Notes under the pieces: generated by a model
Told to the model about the DNA's origin: nothing
Seen by the model: the letters and a program-made list of their open reading frames with translations, nothing else
The model's database searches: none
Assembly: GCA_041658625.1 (NCBI GenBank)
Contig: JBAZZW010000001.1
Coordinates: 646,217 to 710,216 of the forward strand
DNA length: 64,000 nt
From: Actinomycetota bacterium
GTDB taxonomy: Bacteria > Actinomycetota > JAHEXW01
Reading direction: 5' to 3'
Program-made: the position numbers and the translations under genes
Part shown: positions 1 to 8,869 of the stretch, one piece after another
Layout of the letters: every line of letters begins with the position of its first letter
Numbering within the stretch: the first letter of the stretch is position 1

Positions 1-948
1 TCTCGATCCGCGCAAAGAATCAATATCATTAATCCCGCACAAGTAAGATGCCAGACCTGGATCAAGCCAGTAGGCTTTCGGGGATTTTTTCAGCCTAGAT
101 GTCTTATTGCTAAAGTATGCTTGAACCCGGGTGATAAGGTTACTTGTTTCAAGAAGATTTAAATATCTGTGAATCGTCGGCTGACTAATACCGACATCGC
201 TCGCGATTTCAGTCTGGTTTACAAGATGTCCGCTGCGTAAAGCCAATGCCTGCATGAAACGACGAAAGTCAGGCAGAGAATCGACTTGTGATAACTGCCT
301 AAGATCTCTTTCCAGGTAAGTCGTTGCATAGCTTTCCCAAAAACCAGTAAAAGCGGTCTGGTTGGTCAGTTTTAGCAATCCGGGCATGAACCCGCGCAGT
401 ATTAAAGGTAAAGGGTCTTCGGACCTTACTTCCTTCTGTCGGAGCGTTTCCCCCGCGAAAAGCCGGTCAAGAAAAACAGGAGCTGGCTTGCTGCGCTCCT
501 CGCCCAATGTCATCGGATTCAACTGCAGGTAACGAACGCGTCCTGCTAAACTTTCACTAACGTTTTGCATTAGCAGCAAATTGGCGGATCCGGTAAGCAT
601 GAATCTTTGTGGCTCGAGTGAACTATCGACTGCTAGCTTGATTGCCAACAAGATATCAGGGGAGCGTTGAACCTCATCGATTACACTGGTAGGATCGTCA
701 GCCCAGATTGTCTGCGGCGATTTGGAAGCTAAATCCTGCACGGCTAAATCATCAAGAGTATGGAAAGGCCAATCTTTAAAAGGTGCTTCACTTCGGAGTA
801 GAGTAGTTTTTCCGACTTGACGTGCTCCGGTAAGGATTACAACCGGCGCTTCCCTTGAAATCAGCCTAATCATAGGAGTAATCCATCTATTTCTGTAATA
901 TAATTCAGGTTGTGAATGATATTCATTCATATCTTGAATTATACTCAT
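1..948 (-). CDS. AAA+ ATPase, AAA_14/DUF4143 (COG1373-like) family; 3' part lies beyond window start
   Basis: Reading minus strand from ATG at 948: MSIIQDMNEY...VVILTGARQVGKTTLL (Walker A), no stop before position 1; no >=60aa entry in ORF track because ORF is open at edge; region is lower GC than remainder. Confidence 0.6.
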   Translation of the reverse strand, partial: MSIIQDMNEYHSQPELYYRNRWITPMIRLISREAPVVILTGARQVGKTTLLRSEAPFKDWPFHTLDDLAVQDLASKSPQTIWADDPTSVIDEVQRSPDILLAIKLAVDSSLEPQRFMLTGSANLLLMQNVSESLAGRVRYLQLNPMTLGEERSKPAPVFLDRLFAGETLRQKEVRSEDPLPLILRGFMPGLLKLTNQTAFTGFWESYATTYLERDLRQLSQVDSLPDFRRFMQALALRSGHLVNQTEIASDVGISQPTIHRYLNLLETSNLITRVQAYFSNKTSRLKKSPKAYWLDPGLASYLCGINDIDSLRGSR

Positions 949-1189
949 CTCTGATGGTGTGTCAAGTGTAAAAAGATCGAGCGCCCTCTTCGGCGAGTCT
1001 AGACTGAGGGTGGGTGGAGCCTCGACCCTGGGTTTCCTTTTTTATCCTTTATGTAGATGTAACCGCCCTGATGAGATTGCCGCATCGCTCTGCTCCACGC
1101 AATGACAGCTTTTAATAATATGGTCGAGCATGCAGACAAACCACGTCCGAGCGGAGAGCATTGTTCGCTCGCCGTGGCGACCTGAACGT

Positions 1190-1230
1190 GGGGTCAGGCC
1201 CTATCACAAAAGAAGAAAGGGCCTGACCCC
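1190..1230. repeat. R1 palindromic element copy: GGGGTCAGGCCC-18nt-GGGCCTGACCCC
   Basis: Perfect 12-nt inverted arms; same arm sequence recurs at 8818, 12588, 50861, 51832. Confidence 0.7.
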
Positions 1231-1283
1231 AAGGCACTAACGATGGTAGGCCACGAGCAGCATGCGAGTCTATTGCATAAGAA

Positions 1284-1318
1284 AGAGCCGCCCCAACTGG
1301 GGCGGCTCTTTTAATCCT
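1284..1318. terminator. GC-rich hairpin (AGAGCCGCCCC-AACT-GGGGCGGCTCT) followed by TTTT; probable terminator downstream of fbp
   Basis: 11-bp perfect stem, 4-nt loop, T-run on plus side; lies 23 nt beyond fbp stop. Confidence 0.5.
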
Positions 1319-1340
1319 CGAACTATTTGTGCTCTATCTG

Positions 1341-2480
1341 TTAGATGTGTTTGCCGCTTTCTTTGGCCTTGTCGCCGGTTTCGTCGGCAACCCAGCGGTC
1401 GCCCAGCGATTCCATAACGACCGGCAGCGTCGTGTACTCCATGTCGTCCAGCGGCAGCCTATGCGGCTCGAACGGGCCGTGAGCTTTCAGGTAGTCGGCC
1501 ATCTCGTTGGCGATCTGACGAGCCCGGTCGTAGCTGACATCCGCGAACATATCCCTCGGGCCGATCAGTCTGCCGTCTTTGAGCTGGAAGCCCAGCGCGA
1601 CAACGCGAGGCGGTCCGTCGAAACGCGTCGGATGGTCTTGCGTCATGCTGACCGGCATCAAAGGACCGTGGTGCGAACCGCGCATCCAGCCCGCCACAAG
1701 ATGCGGGAAGGCGAACGGATTCAGAACCTCGCCGACGGCCGGCAGGCCGCTCTGGCAGCGAACCGCCATGACCGGATCGTCTTTGCCGACGTATTTGCCG
1801 GCGATGAAGCTTAAGCGCTGCGTCGATGTAACCGCTGCCAGCTCGCCCGTCCTCTTGTCAAAGACGTGCTTGATGACAAAACGGCCCGGGGCGCCGATGA
1901 AGGCCAGCAACTGATAGACTTCCGAGGGCGTGTCAAAGATGATTTTCTTCGCCTCGACCAGGTCGTCTACCTGGAGGTTGAAGCCCTGATACATGTTGGC
2001 GTCGATAACCAGTCCGGCCGTGTTGAACGGATCGCAGAACATCTTATAAAGCGGCATGTTCCAGGCGCCCGGCTCGGTCTTGTCGGCCAAAAAAACGATG
2101 ATCGGCTCGCTCTGACGTTCCTCGAAAACCATCTCCGCGTAGCCGGGGCCCATGCCCCTTAGGTTCCCGGAAAACGCGTCGGACAAGATGTCCTGTCCCG
2201 CACCATAGAGTCCGAGGTTGTGCGCTAAATCCGTCATGTCCTTAAAGGCATCCCAGGTAAACTTGTGAATCTCCTTATCCTCGATACCTCTCTTGTGCGT
2301 TAGGATAAACGCGTGGTCGTCGCCGCAATGTCCGACGAAGTAATCGATGACCAATCCGGCTTTCTTGGCTTTCGCGGCGTGTTCCTCGGCTTTCTCGTGC
2401 ATCTCCGGATGAACAGCGGAGTGGCCGACCCAACCGCCGACATCGGCCTTGATGATACTTAGGGTAATCTTTTCACCCAT
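1341..2480 (-). CDS. fbp: Fructose-1,6-bisphosphate aldolase/phosphatase (class V, archaeal-type bifunctional FBPase)
   Basis: 379 aa; N-terminus MGEKITLSIIKADVGGWVGHSAVHPEM matches the conserved FBPase V start (IKADxGxxxGH); size typical. Confidence 0.85.
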   Translation of the reverse strand: MGEKITLSIIKADVGGWVGHSAVHPEMHEKAEEHAAKAKKAGLVIDYFVGHCGDDHAFILTHKRGIEDKEIHKFTWDAFKDMTDLAHNLGLYGAGQDILSDAFSGNLRGMGPGYAEMVFEERQSEPIIVFLADKTEPGAWNMPLYKMFCDPFNTAGLVIDANMYQGFNLQVDDLVEAKKIIFDTPSEVYQLLAFIGAPGRFVIKHVFDKRTGELAAVTSTQRLSFIAGKYVGKDDPVMAVRCQSGLPAVGEVLNPFAFPHLVAGWMRGSHHGPLMPVSMTQDHPTRFDGPPRVVALGFQLKDGRLIGPRDMFADVSYDRARQIANEMADYLKAHGPFEPHRLPLDDMEYTTLPVVMESLGDRWVADETGDKAKESGKHI

Positions 2481-2593
2481 ACGTGTTACCTCCTTTTAAT
2501 CAAAAAGCTTATTCATTGTATCCTAGTGGCGCGGTAAATCTCAAGGTGCGAGTGTGTGGCGCGAAACACCAGTTGAAGTATATAGTATTCCTT

Positions 2594-5209
2594 ATGTGGT
2601 ACACCAAAGACTTAAAGGCTGTTACGGCCGAATTGAATACTTCTCTTGATGGGCTGACATCCGCCGAGGCGGCCGCCCGGTTGTTTAAGTACGGGCCGAA
2701 CGAGCTAAAAGAGAAAGCCGCCAAGACGCCTATCGAAATGATTACGGACCAGTTCAAGGACTTCATGATCTTGGTCTTGTTGGCCGCGGCCTTGATTTCG
2801 GGTTTTGTCGGCGAGGCGACCGATACAATCGCCATTATCGTTATCGTCCTTTTAAACGCCGTCATCGGATTCTTCCAGGAATACCGGGCGGAAAAGGCTA
2901 TCGCGGCTCTGAAACAAATGGCCGCGCCGGACGCCGTCGCTTTGCGCGACGGGTCCCCGGTCGTCGTTCCGTCCAAGACTTTGGTTCCGGGGGACGTTGT
3001 TGTTCTGGAGGCGGGAGGCATTGTCCCGGCCGACCTAAGATTGACGGAAGCGGCTCAGCTTAAGATTGAAGAGGCCACCCTGACCGGGGAATCAGTGCCG
3101 GCTGAGAAGAATACGGACTCTATAGCCGCCGCGGATTGCCCGTTGGGCGACCGCTTGAACATGGCTTTCAAAGGGACGATCGTCACCTATGGGCGGGGCG
3201 CCGGCATTGTCGTTGCCACCGGTCACGCGACCGAGCTTGGCAAGATCGCCGACTTAATCCAGGAGGAAGAAGGCGTAAAAACGCCTTTGCAGAAGCGCCT
3301 GGCGAGATTCGGTCGAAACCTGGCCGTCCTGGTCCTTATCATATGCGGGGTCGTTTTCGCGATGGGCATGCTGCGTGGCGAAGAGCCGGTCTTGATGCTG
3401 CTGACAGCCATCTCTTTAGCCGTCGCGGCCATTCCGGAAGCTCTGCCGGCTCTTGTCACAGTCGCCCTGGCCCTCGGCGCCCGACAACTTGTTAAACACA
3501 ACGCCCTGATAAGAACCTTGCCGGCTGTGGAAACACTGGGGTCTGTTACGTATATCTGCACAGATAAAACCGGCACGCTAACCATGAACAGGATGATTGT
3601 CGAGGAATTATACGTTGACGGGCGTTTGATAAAACCGGGCGAGCTTACCCTTGGTGACCGCAACGTGCCCCACCTGAAAGCCGTCTTACAGGCGATGGCG
3701 TTGTCGAATGACGCAAGAGCCGACGCTGACGGACGATTGCTGGGCGACCCCACGGAAACCGCCTTGTATGAGTTCGCCGCCGCGAACGGTTCGGCAAAAC
3801 CGGGTTTGGAGGAGTCTTATCCTCGCGTCGGGGAGCTGCCGTTCGACTCCGAACGCAAACTCATGACCACGTTTCATAAATGGGAGGGAGGGAAAACCGT
3901 CTCCTTCACCAAAGGGGCGGCCGAATCCGTCTTCTCCAACACAACGGAAGTCTTAACAAAAGAAGGCTTGGAGCCGTTTGACAGCGCGGCTTTCGATAAG
4001 GTCGGTGATAAGATGGCCGCCGACGGTTTGCGGGTTCTGGCTATCGCCATGCGGTTATGGGACGGTGTCCCTTCCGACATGTCGCCGGAAAGAGCCGAGG
4101 CCGGGCTAACGCTTCTCGGTCTGGTCGGCATCATGGATCCGCCGCGCGAGGAGGCTAAAGCAGCTGTTGCGCTATGCCATCAGGCGGGCATCCGACCGGT
4201 TATGATTACGGGTGACCATCCTCTGACGGCGGCGGCTATCGCCCAGCGGCTCGGCATCCTGGAAGCCCATGAGAAGGTCATGACAGGAGCGGAGCTAGCC
4301 GAACTCTCGCTGGAAGACTTCGAGCAGGCTGTGGAGTATATAACCGTATACGCGCGAGTCGCGCCGGAGCAAAAACTTAAAATCGTAAGGGCGCTTCAAG
4401 ATCGTGGTCAATACGTCGCCATGACCGGCGACGGTGTAAACGACGCTCCGGCATTGAAACGGGCAGACATTGGCGTGGCTATGGGAATAACAGGCACGGA
4501 TGTCGCCAAGGAATCCTCGGCGATGATTCTCCTGGACGACAATTTCGCGACCATCGTTGAAGCGGTCAAGGAAGGCCGTCAGATATTCGACAATATCCGG
4601 AAATTCATTAAGTATATTATGACCAGCAACTCCGGGGAGATATGGACCATCTTCCTGGCGCCTTTCTTCGGGCTGCCCATACCCTTGCTGCCGATTCATA
4701 TCCTCTGGATAAACCTGGTGACGGACGGATTGCCGGGCATCGCTTTGGCGGTAGAGCCGCCTGAGAAAGACGTTATGAACCGGCCTCCGCGGCATCCTCA
4801 GGAGAGCATCTTTGCCCATGGTCTCGGAACACATCTTGTCTGGGTGGGCCTGCTGATGGGCCTGATTTGTATATTCACCCAGGCCTATTTCTTAAAGGCT
4901 GCCGGCTGGCACTGGCAGACAATGGTTTTTACGGTTCTATGCTTGAGCCAGATGGGCCACGTCATGGCTATCCGCTCTGAGAAGGAATCGCTTTTTAAAC
5001 AAGGATTGATTTCCAACAAACCGCTCTTGGGCGCTTTCGCCTTAACGTTTGTCCTGCAGATGGCAACCATATATGTGCCGTTTTTGAATCCGATCTTTAA
5101 GACGCAACCTCTCTCATTGGTGGAGTTGGGCGTCACCCTGGCGCTGTCGTCTCTCGTCTTCATCGCGGTCGAAATCGAGAAAACCGTCAGAAGGCTGCGC
5201 GACGCTTAG
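2594..5209 (+). CDS. P-type cation-transporting ATPase (P2-type, Ca2+/Mg2+-ATPase-like)
   Basis: DKTGTLT phosphorylation motif, TGDGVNDAPALKRADIGVAMG hinge motif, 10 TM topology; ORF-track start 2483 (GTG) overlaps fbp RBS so ATG 2594 (MWYTKDLKAV...) preferred. Confidence 0.9.
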   Translation: MWYTKDLKAVTAELNTSLDGLTSAEAAARLFKYGPNELKEKAAKTPIEMITDQFKDFMILVLLAAALISGFVGEATDTIAIIVIVLLNAVIGFFQEYRAEKAIAALKQMAAPDAVALRDGSPVVVPSKTLVPGDVVVLEAGGIVPADLRLTEAAQLKIEEATLTGESVPAEKNTDSIAAADCPLGDRLNMAFKGTIVTYGRGAGIVVATGHATELGKIADLIQEEEGVKTPLQKRLARFGRNLAVLVLIICGVVFAMGMLRGEEPVLMLLTAISLAVAAIPEALPALVTVALALGARQLVKHNALIRTLPAVETLGSVTYICTDKTGTLTMNRMIVEELYVDGRLIKPGELTLGDRNVPHLKAVLQAMALSNDARADADGRLLGDPTETALYEFAAANGSAKPGLEESYPRVGELPFDSERKLMTTFHKWEGGKTVSFTKGAAESVFSNTTEVLTKEGLEPFDSAAFDKVGDKMAADGLRVLAIAMRLWDGVPSDMSPERAEAGLTLLGLVGIMDPPREEAKAAVALCHQAGIRPVMITGDHPLTAAAIAQRLGILEAHEKVMTGAELAELSLEDFEQAVEYITVYARVAPEQKLKIVRALQDRGQYVAMTGDGVNDAPALKRADIGVAMGITGTDVAKESSAMILLDDNFATIVEAVKEGRQIFDNIRKFIKYIMTSNSGEIWTIFLAPFFGLPIPLLPIHILWINLVTDGLPGIALAVEPPEKDVMNRPPRHPQESIFAHGLGTHLVWVGLLMGLICIFTQAYFLKAAGWHWQTMVFTVLCLSQMGHVMAIRSEKESLFKQGLISNKPLLGAFALTFVLQMATIYVPFLNPIFKTQPLSLVELGVTLALSSLVFIAVEIEKTVRRLRDA

Positions 5210-5245
5210 GCCTCCGATTCGCGCATGTTGGCAACAAATAACGGA

Positions 5246-7282
5246 TCATATGTTCGCATGGCAGTCCGTGCAAACGCCGCGCTGTGACCGGCGTAGAAGA
5301 GTGCTGCCCAAAGGCAGCGCCCCGCGCTCGGACACGTCCATGGCGGCCTGAGCGCTCATAACCGCGTCCGTCCCGTGCGCCCTGTGGCATGTTAAGCACG
5401 ACATCGTATCTTGGGCCTCATTCGCCGTCGGATGGTTAAGCGGCAAATCTGTCGTCAGGTCATACCGTAGCGCGTTCACCGGACTTATTACCCCGGATAT
5501 CATCGAGTCCGTGTTATGGCGGTGGCGCTTGACGTTGCCGGAAACGTCGCCGGCGTCATAAGGCGTCGTGTCCTCGCGTGTCGTGTAGCGGGTATGGCAG
5601 GCGGCGCACCAGTCATCCTGTCCGCTTTTATAATTCATGGTATATCCCTGGGTGTCAGATCTGTCGAGGTCGAAATCTTTGTCCGTATAGGCCCTATAGG
5701 CGTTAGGATCCGCCGAATGAGTTGTTTCCGTGCCATCCGTCCAGGGACCGTTCCACGTAACCGGCCTATCGGTCGAGACTCCATTAGGCCTGAGCCTAAG
5801 CAGTCTATACTGTGTCGACTTAAATCTATCCGGGTGTGGGTCGTGACAGGACACGCATTCCAGAGTGATATAAGCACTGAGTCCAGTATTCGGATCCGCG
5901 CCGTACGGAATCGCGCGAACTCCCAGATCGTGCTTTGAAGTCGTGGGGGACGAGTTCTGGATGTAGTTGAATCCGCCGCCCAATAGATTCATGTTGCTGT
6001 CTCCCCATACACGGTATCCGGGTGAATTAGCCTTGGCGACGTATTTGCCGTTCATAACGTCAGTGTTTGCCCCGGCACCGCCTTCATGACATGTCTCACA
6101 TTTACTTGAGCCCGACACATCTATTAAGAGGTTGCTAAGCGTAGCGGTGTGCGCCCTATGGCACGTGGCGCAAGCATCGGGCTCACTTACAAAATGGGCG
6201 GTATTATGGCAAGAGCCGCAAATAGCGCGAGAGCCTTCCCATGAACCGTCAAGTCTTTGAATGTCCCTTAAGTTCATCCCATCGCTACCCGCAGGCAGTG
6301 AACCCCGGGTCGCCAGCAAAGCGGCGCCCGTCATATGAGTCGAGCTTCCATGGGCTTTGTGGCAGGTTAAACAAGTCAGCAGGTCGTCAGGCGTCCGCCC
6401 GTTTCCTGTTACATCCTCTAGCGGCAAAGTGGTTTCCAAATTGTACTCGACGCCGTTAATAGCGACCCGGCCGGTAATCGTCGTGTCTATAGAATGCCTG
6501 TGGCGCGAAACCGCTCCCAGGGTATCGCCTGCGTTGAAAACATCGCCGCTCTTGTAAGCGCTGGCTGTCCCGGGTGCGCCCGGTGTCCAGGTAGCGTAGT
6601 AATGTGTGTGACAGGCCGCGCACCAGGCCGCGATGCCGCTCTGATAGTTTTTTGTATATCCGGTCATCAGGGTCGTCCCGCCGAAGTTGCGCTCCGCGTA
6701 AGCCTGGTGTACACCGCCCCTGACGGTTTGGGCATCATCCGTCCACGGTCCGTTCCAGGGAACGGAAATGTCTACCGGATTGTCACCGGGCCTCTGCCGG
6801 AGCAACCTATAGTTCGGTCCGTCATGAGGTGTGTGACACGACACGCAGTCAAGCTTGTAAGAGCTGGCGCCGCCATAGGCGGTTTCCGTAATTTCCAGTT
6901 TGTGGCTTCCGGTTACGGGATTAACCTGTCCGGTGTACTCGAAACCTCCACCCAACAGATTGCCTCCCATAAGACCTGAACCTAGATTACCCTTCTGCCG
7001 GTCATAATAGACGCCTTCGCGAACAGCCGTATCGGCGCCCTGGCCTTTGGCGTGGCAGGAAAAGCAAAACTCACTCATCGGGGCCAGCGGTAAAAGCTTG
7101 TTGGTCCGGGAATCGTGTATTCTGTGACAAGATCTACATTTGTCCGTATCTGAGGAAAAATCGCTATGGGGGTTAGCGGCTTGAGCCGGGTGCGGCAACA
7201 ATAACGCCCAACCGAACGTCAAGACGATGATAAGCATCGAGTACCGCAAAGCTAATCCGCCTCCATGAGAGCAACAACTCAT
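5246..7282 (-). CDS. Multiheme c-type cytochrome (12 CxxCH motifs), secreted; internally duplicated hexaheme halves
   Basis: 12 CxxCH sites (CRSCH, CFSCH, CVSCH, CAACH, CLTCH, CGSCH, CATCH, CETCH, CVSCH, CAACH, CLTCH, CTDCH); signal peptide MLIIVLTFGWALLLPHPAQA; halves share NLLGGGF, YRLLR, WNGPWTD, RHRH blocks; start may be internal ATG (7237). Confidence 0.85.
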   Translation of the reverse strand: MSCCSHGGGLALRYSMLIIVLTFGWALLLPHPAQAANPHSDFSSDTDKCRSCHRIHDSRTNKLLPLAPMSEFCFSCHAKGQGADTAVREGVYYDRQKGNLGSGLMGGNLLGGGFEYTGQVNPVTGSHKLEITETAYGGASSYKLDCVSCHTPHDGPNYRLLRQRPGDNPVDISVPWNGPWTDDAQTVRGGVHQAYAERNFGGTTLMTGYTKNYQSGIAAWCAACHTHYYATWTPGAPGTASAYKSGDVFNAGDTLGAVSRHRHSIDTTITGRVAINGVEYNLETTLPLEDVTGNGRTPDDLLTCLTCHKAHGSSTHMTGAALLATRGSLPAGSDGMNLRDIQRLDGSWEGSRAICGSCHNTAHFVSEPDACATCHRAHTATLSNLLIDVSGSSKCETCHEGGAGANTDVMNGKYVAKANSPGYRVWGDSNMNLLGGGFNYIQNSSPTTSKHDLGVRAIPYGADPNTGLSAYITLECVSCHDPHPDRFKSTQYRLLRLRPNGVSTDRPVTWNGPWTDGTETTHSADPNAYRAYTDKDFDLDRSDTQGYTMNYKSGQDDWCAACHTRYTTREDTTPYDAGDVSGNVKRHRHNTDSMISGVISPVNALRYDLTTDLPLNHPTANEAQDTMSCLTCHRAHGTDAVMSAQAAMDVSERGALPLGSTLLRRSQRGVCTDCHANI

Positions 7283-7335
7283 GATTCATGACCTGTCCCT
7301 CTTGGAAGTTTACCACGCTTAACGTCACCGTATAC

Positions 7336-8634
7336 CTAGTAATGCACCGAGACCGGGGTGCCGACGGACGCCCAGCCGTAGACGAACTCCGCGTCGCTAA
7401 CAGAAATGTTTACACAGCCGTGGCTTCTTACGTTCCCGAAGTCATTATGCCAGTAAGCACCGTGGATAGAGTAGTTGCCGTTAAACCACATGACATAAGG
7501 CACGTCCGGAATATCGTAGGGTTCGGCTGCGCCTTGAGCCGAACTCATCGCCGCCACCCAGTTCATGCTGTAAATCCGGTAGTTGCCGGTCGGGGTGCTG
7601 TAGCCGGACTTGCCGCTGGAAACCAAACAGGTATAGACCGGCGTGCCGCCCTCCAGCAAGGTTAGTCTTTGCTCACTCAGATTAATGTCGATCTTTTTAT
7701 AAACGCCGGTGGTAAAGCCGGTGGAAATATCGGCATCCGCGTAGCCGCCGGCAGCGCCGCGCAGTCCTTCCGGCCCGCCCTTTAAGCGAACCGTTACCGG
7801 CGTTTCGAAATCCCACGGCGTCGAAGGAACGAACATAAGCTTATTGTGAGCCACCCAGTTAAAGGAACCGGGTACGGCAGGCTCCGTCGAAAACAGGTTG
7901 GCGGCCATGGCTTTATTAATAATGGTGTCATTGAAAGTCACGATGATTCCTGTCGAGCGGCTGACTTCCGTCGCGCCGTTAGCCGGTTCGATAGCCGGCG
8001 CAAGAGGCGCCGCCGTGGCAAGAACGGTTTGAACCCCGGGGTTGCGTATCTTCATCCGATAACCGTTGAGGCCGGTCGCGCCGGTAATCTTCAGCTGATA
8101 CGCCTGGCCTTGCCGGAAATCGACAAACTCGATCCGAGAGACTCTGGCCGCGTTATCGGTTTTAACGTTAACCGCGACAGCCGGTTCGATCGTGTACGTA
8201 AATTCCTTTATCGGAATATTCCACTTTATCTCCGCGGGTTTATCTATCGAGGCGATCAGGCCGCCGGAAGGAATATCCGGCTGGGGCGTCTCCGGGGTGG
8301 AGAAGACAAGCTTGCTGATTACCCTGGTATTCCGCCGGTTTGTCTCGACCATATAGACTTCATACACGGTGTCGGTATCGAGTTCGCGCCGTCCGTTGAT
8401 TTCCAGATACGAGTCTCGGCTGATTAAGGCGCGCACCGGATTCCCGTTGGCGGTAACCTCAAACCTCTCGAGTTTCGTCCCGAAGCCCGTCAACCGCAGC
8501 CGAATACCGGTCTTTGGATTTATGTTTGTCGAGCCGGCCACCGGCGTCGCGGTGACTCCGGGGTCAATAAGGGAGCAAGCGGTTAGGGGTAGGAGGAAAA
8601 GGAAGAGAAGAATGATTATTGATCTTCTGGGCAC
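7336..8634 (-). CDS. L,D-transpeptidase family lipoprotein with N-terminal Ig-like domains (YkuD domain)
   Basis: C-terminal YkuD catalytic motif HGCVNISVSDAEF; lipobox LLPLTAC; GTG start; paralog of 8870..9928. Confidence 0.8.
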   Translation of the reverse strand: MPRRSIIILLFLFLLPLTACSLIDPGVTATPVAGSTNINPKTGIRLRLTGFGTKLERFEVTANGNPVRALISRDSYLEINGRRELDTDTVYEVYMVETNRRNTRVISKLVFSTPETPQPDIPSGGLIASIDKPAEIKWNIPIKEFTYTIEPAVAVNVKTDNAARVSRIEFVDFRQGQAYQLKITGATGLNGYRMKIRNPGVQTVLATAAPLAPAIEPANGATEVSRSTGIIVTFNDTIINKAMAANLFSTEPAVPGSFNWVAHNKLMFVPSTPWDFETPVTVRLKGGPEGLRGAAGGYADADISTGFTTGVYKKIDINLSEQRLTLLEGGTPVYTCLVSSGKSGYSTPTGNYRIYSMNWVAAMSSAQGAAEPYDIPDVPYVMWFNGNYSIHGAYWHNDFGNVRSHGCVNISVSDAEFVYGWASVGTPVSVHY

Positions 8635-8800
8635 GATTATGATTCACCACGCACGAGATTAGCCGACAGTTCTTGTTTCCGACCTACAGGGCACGATTCT
8701 AGCCGGAGCGAAAGCTGCGTCTGAGTTCCTGCGATTCGATTTAATCGGTCGAATCCCAGGATGACTGTTCGCATGATAGGTCCCCAGGATGACGCTTTTT
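8631..8800. repeat. R2 structured repeat copy 1 (blocks GGCACGATT / CACCACGCACGAGATTAGCCG / GTCTGAGTTCC-hairpin-TCGAATCCCAGGATGACTGTTCG)
   Basis: Shares conserved blocks with copies at 27121 and 27548; overlaps start codon/5' UTR of LD-transpeptidase gene. Confidence 0.6.
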
Positions 8801-8817
8801 GCACTTTTCTGGAAGCA

Positions 8818-8857
8818 GGGGTCAGACCCCTGCGCCTCACGAAAGGGGTCTGACCCC
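8818..8857. repeat. R1 palindromic element copy: GGGTCAGACCCC-14nt-GGGGTCTGACCCC
   Basis: Perfect inverted arms directly downstream of L,D-transpeptidase 2 stop. Confidence 0.7.
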
Positions 8858-8869
8858 ATAGGTTTCGCA

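Noticed and set aside
1329-2162. ORF-track entries 1329..1814, 1579..1914 and 1866..2162 on plus strand
   Set aside because: Antisense to the well-supported fbp gene; high-GC antisense frames commonly stay open; no RBS or homology.
2483-2593. GTG 2483 as P-type ATPase start (ORF-track start)
   Set aside because: Would place the start inside the fbp RBS and add a non-conserved 37-aa leader; ATG 2594 matches typical P-type ATPase N-termini.
2509-5163. Minus-strand ORFs inside the P-type ATPase gene (2509..3021, 3223..3753, 4295..4834, 4885..5163 etc.)
   Set aside because: Antisense shadows of a confidently identified gene.
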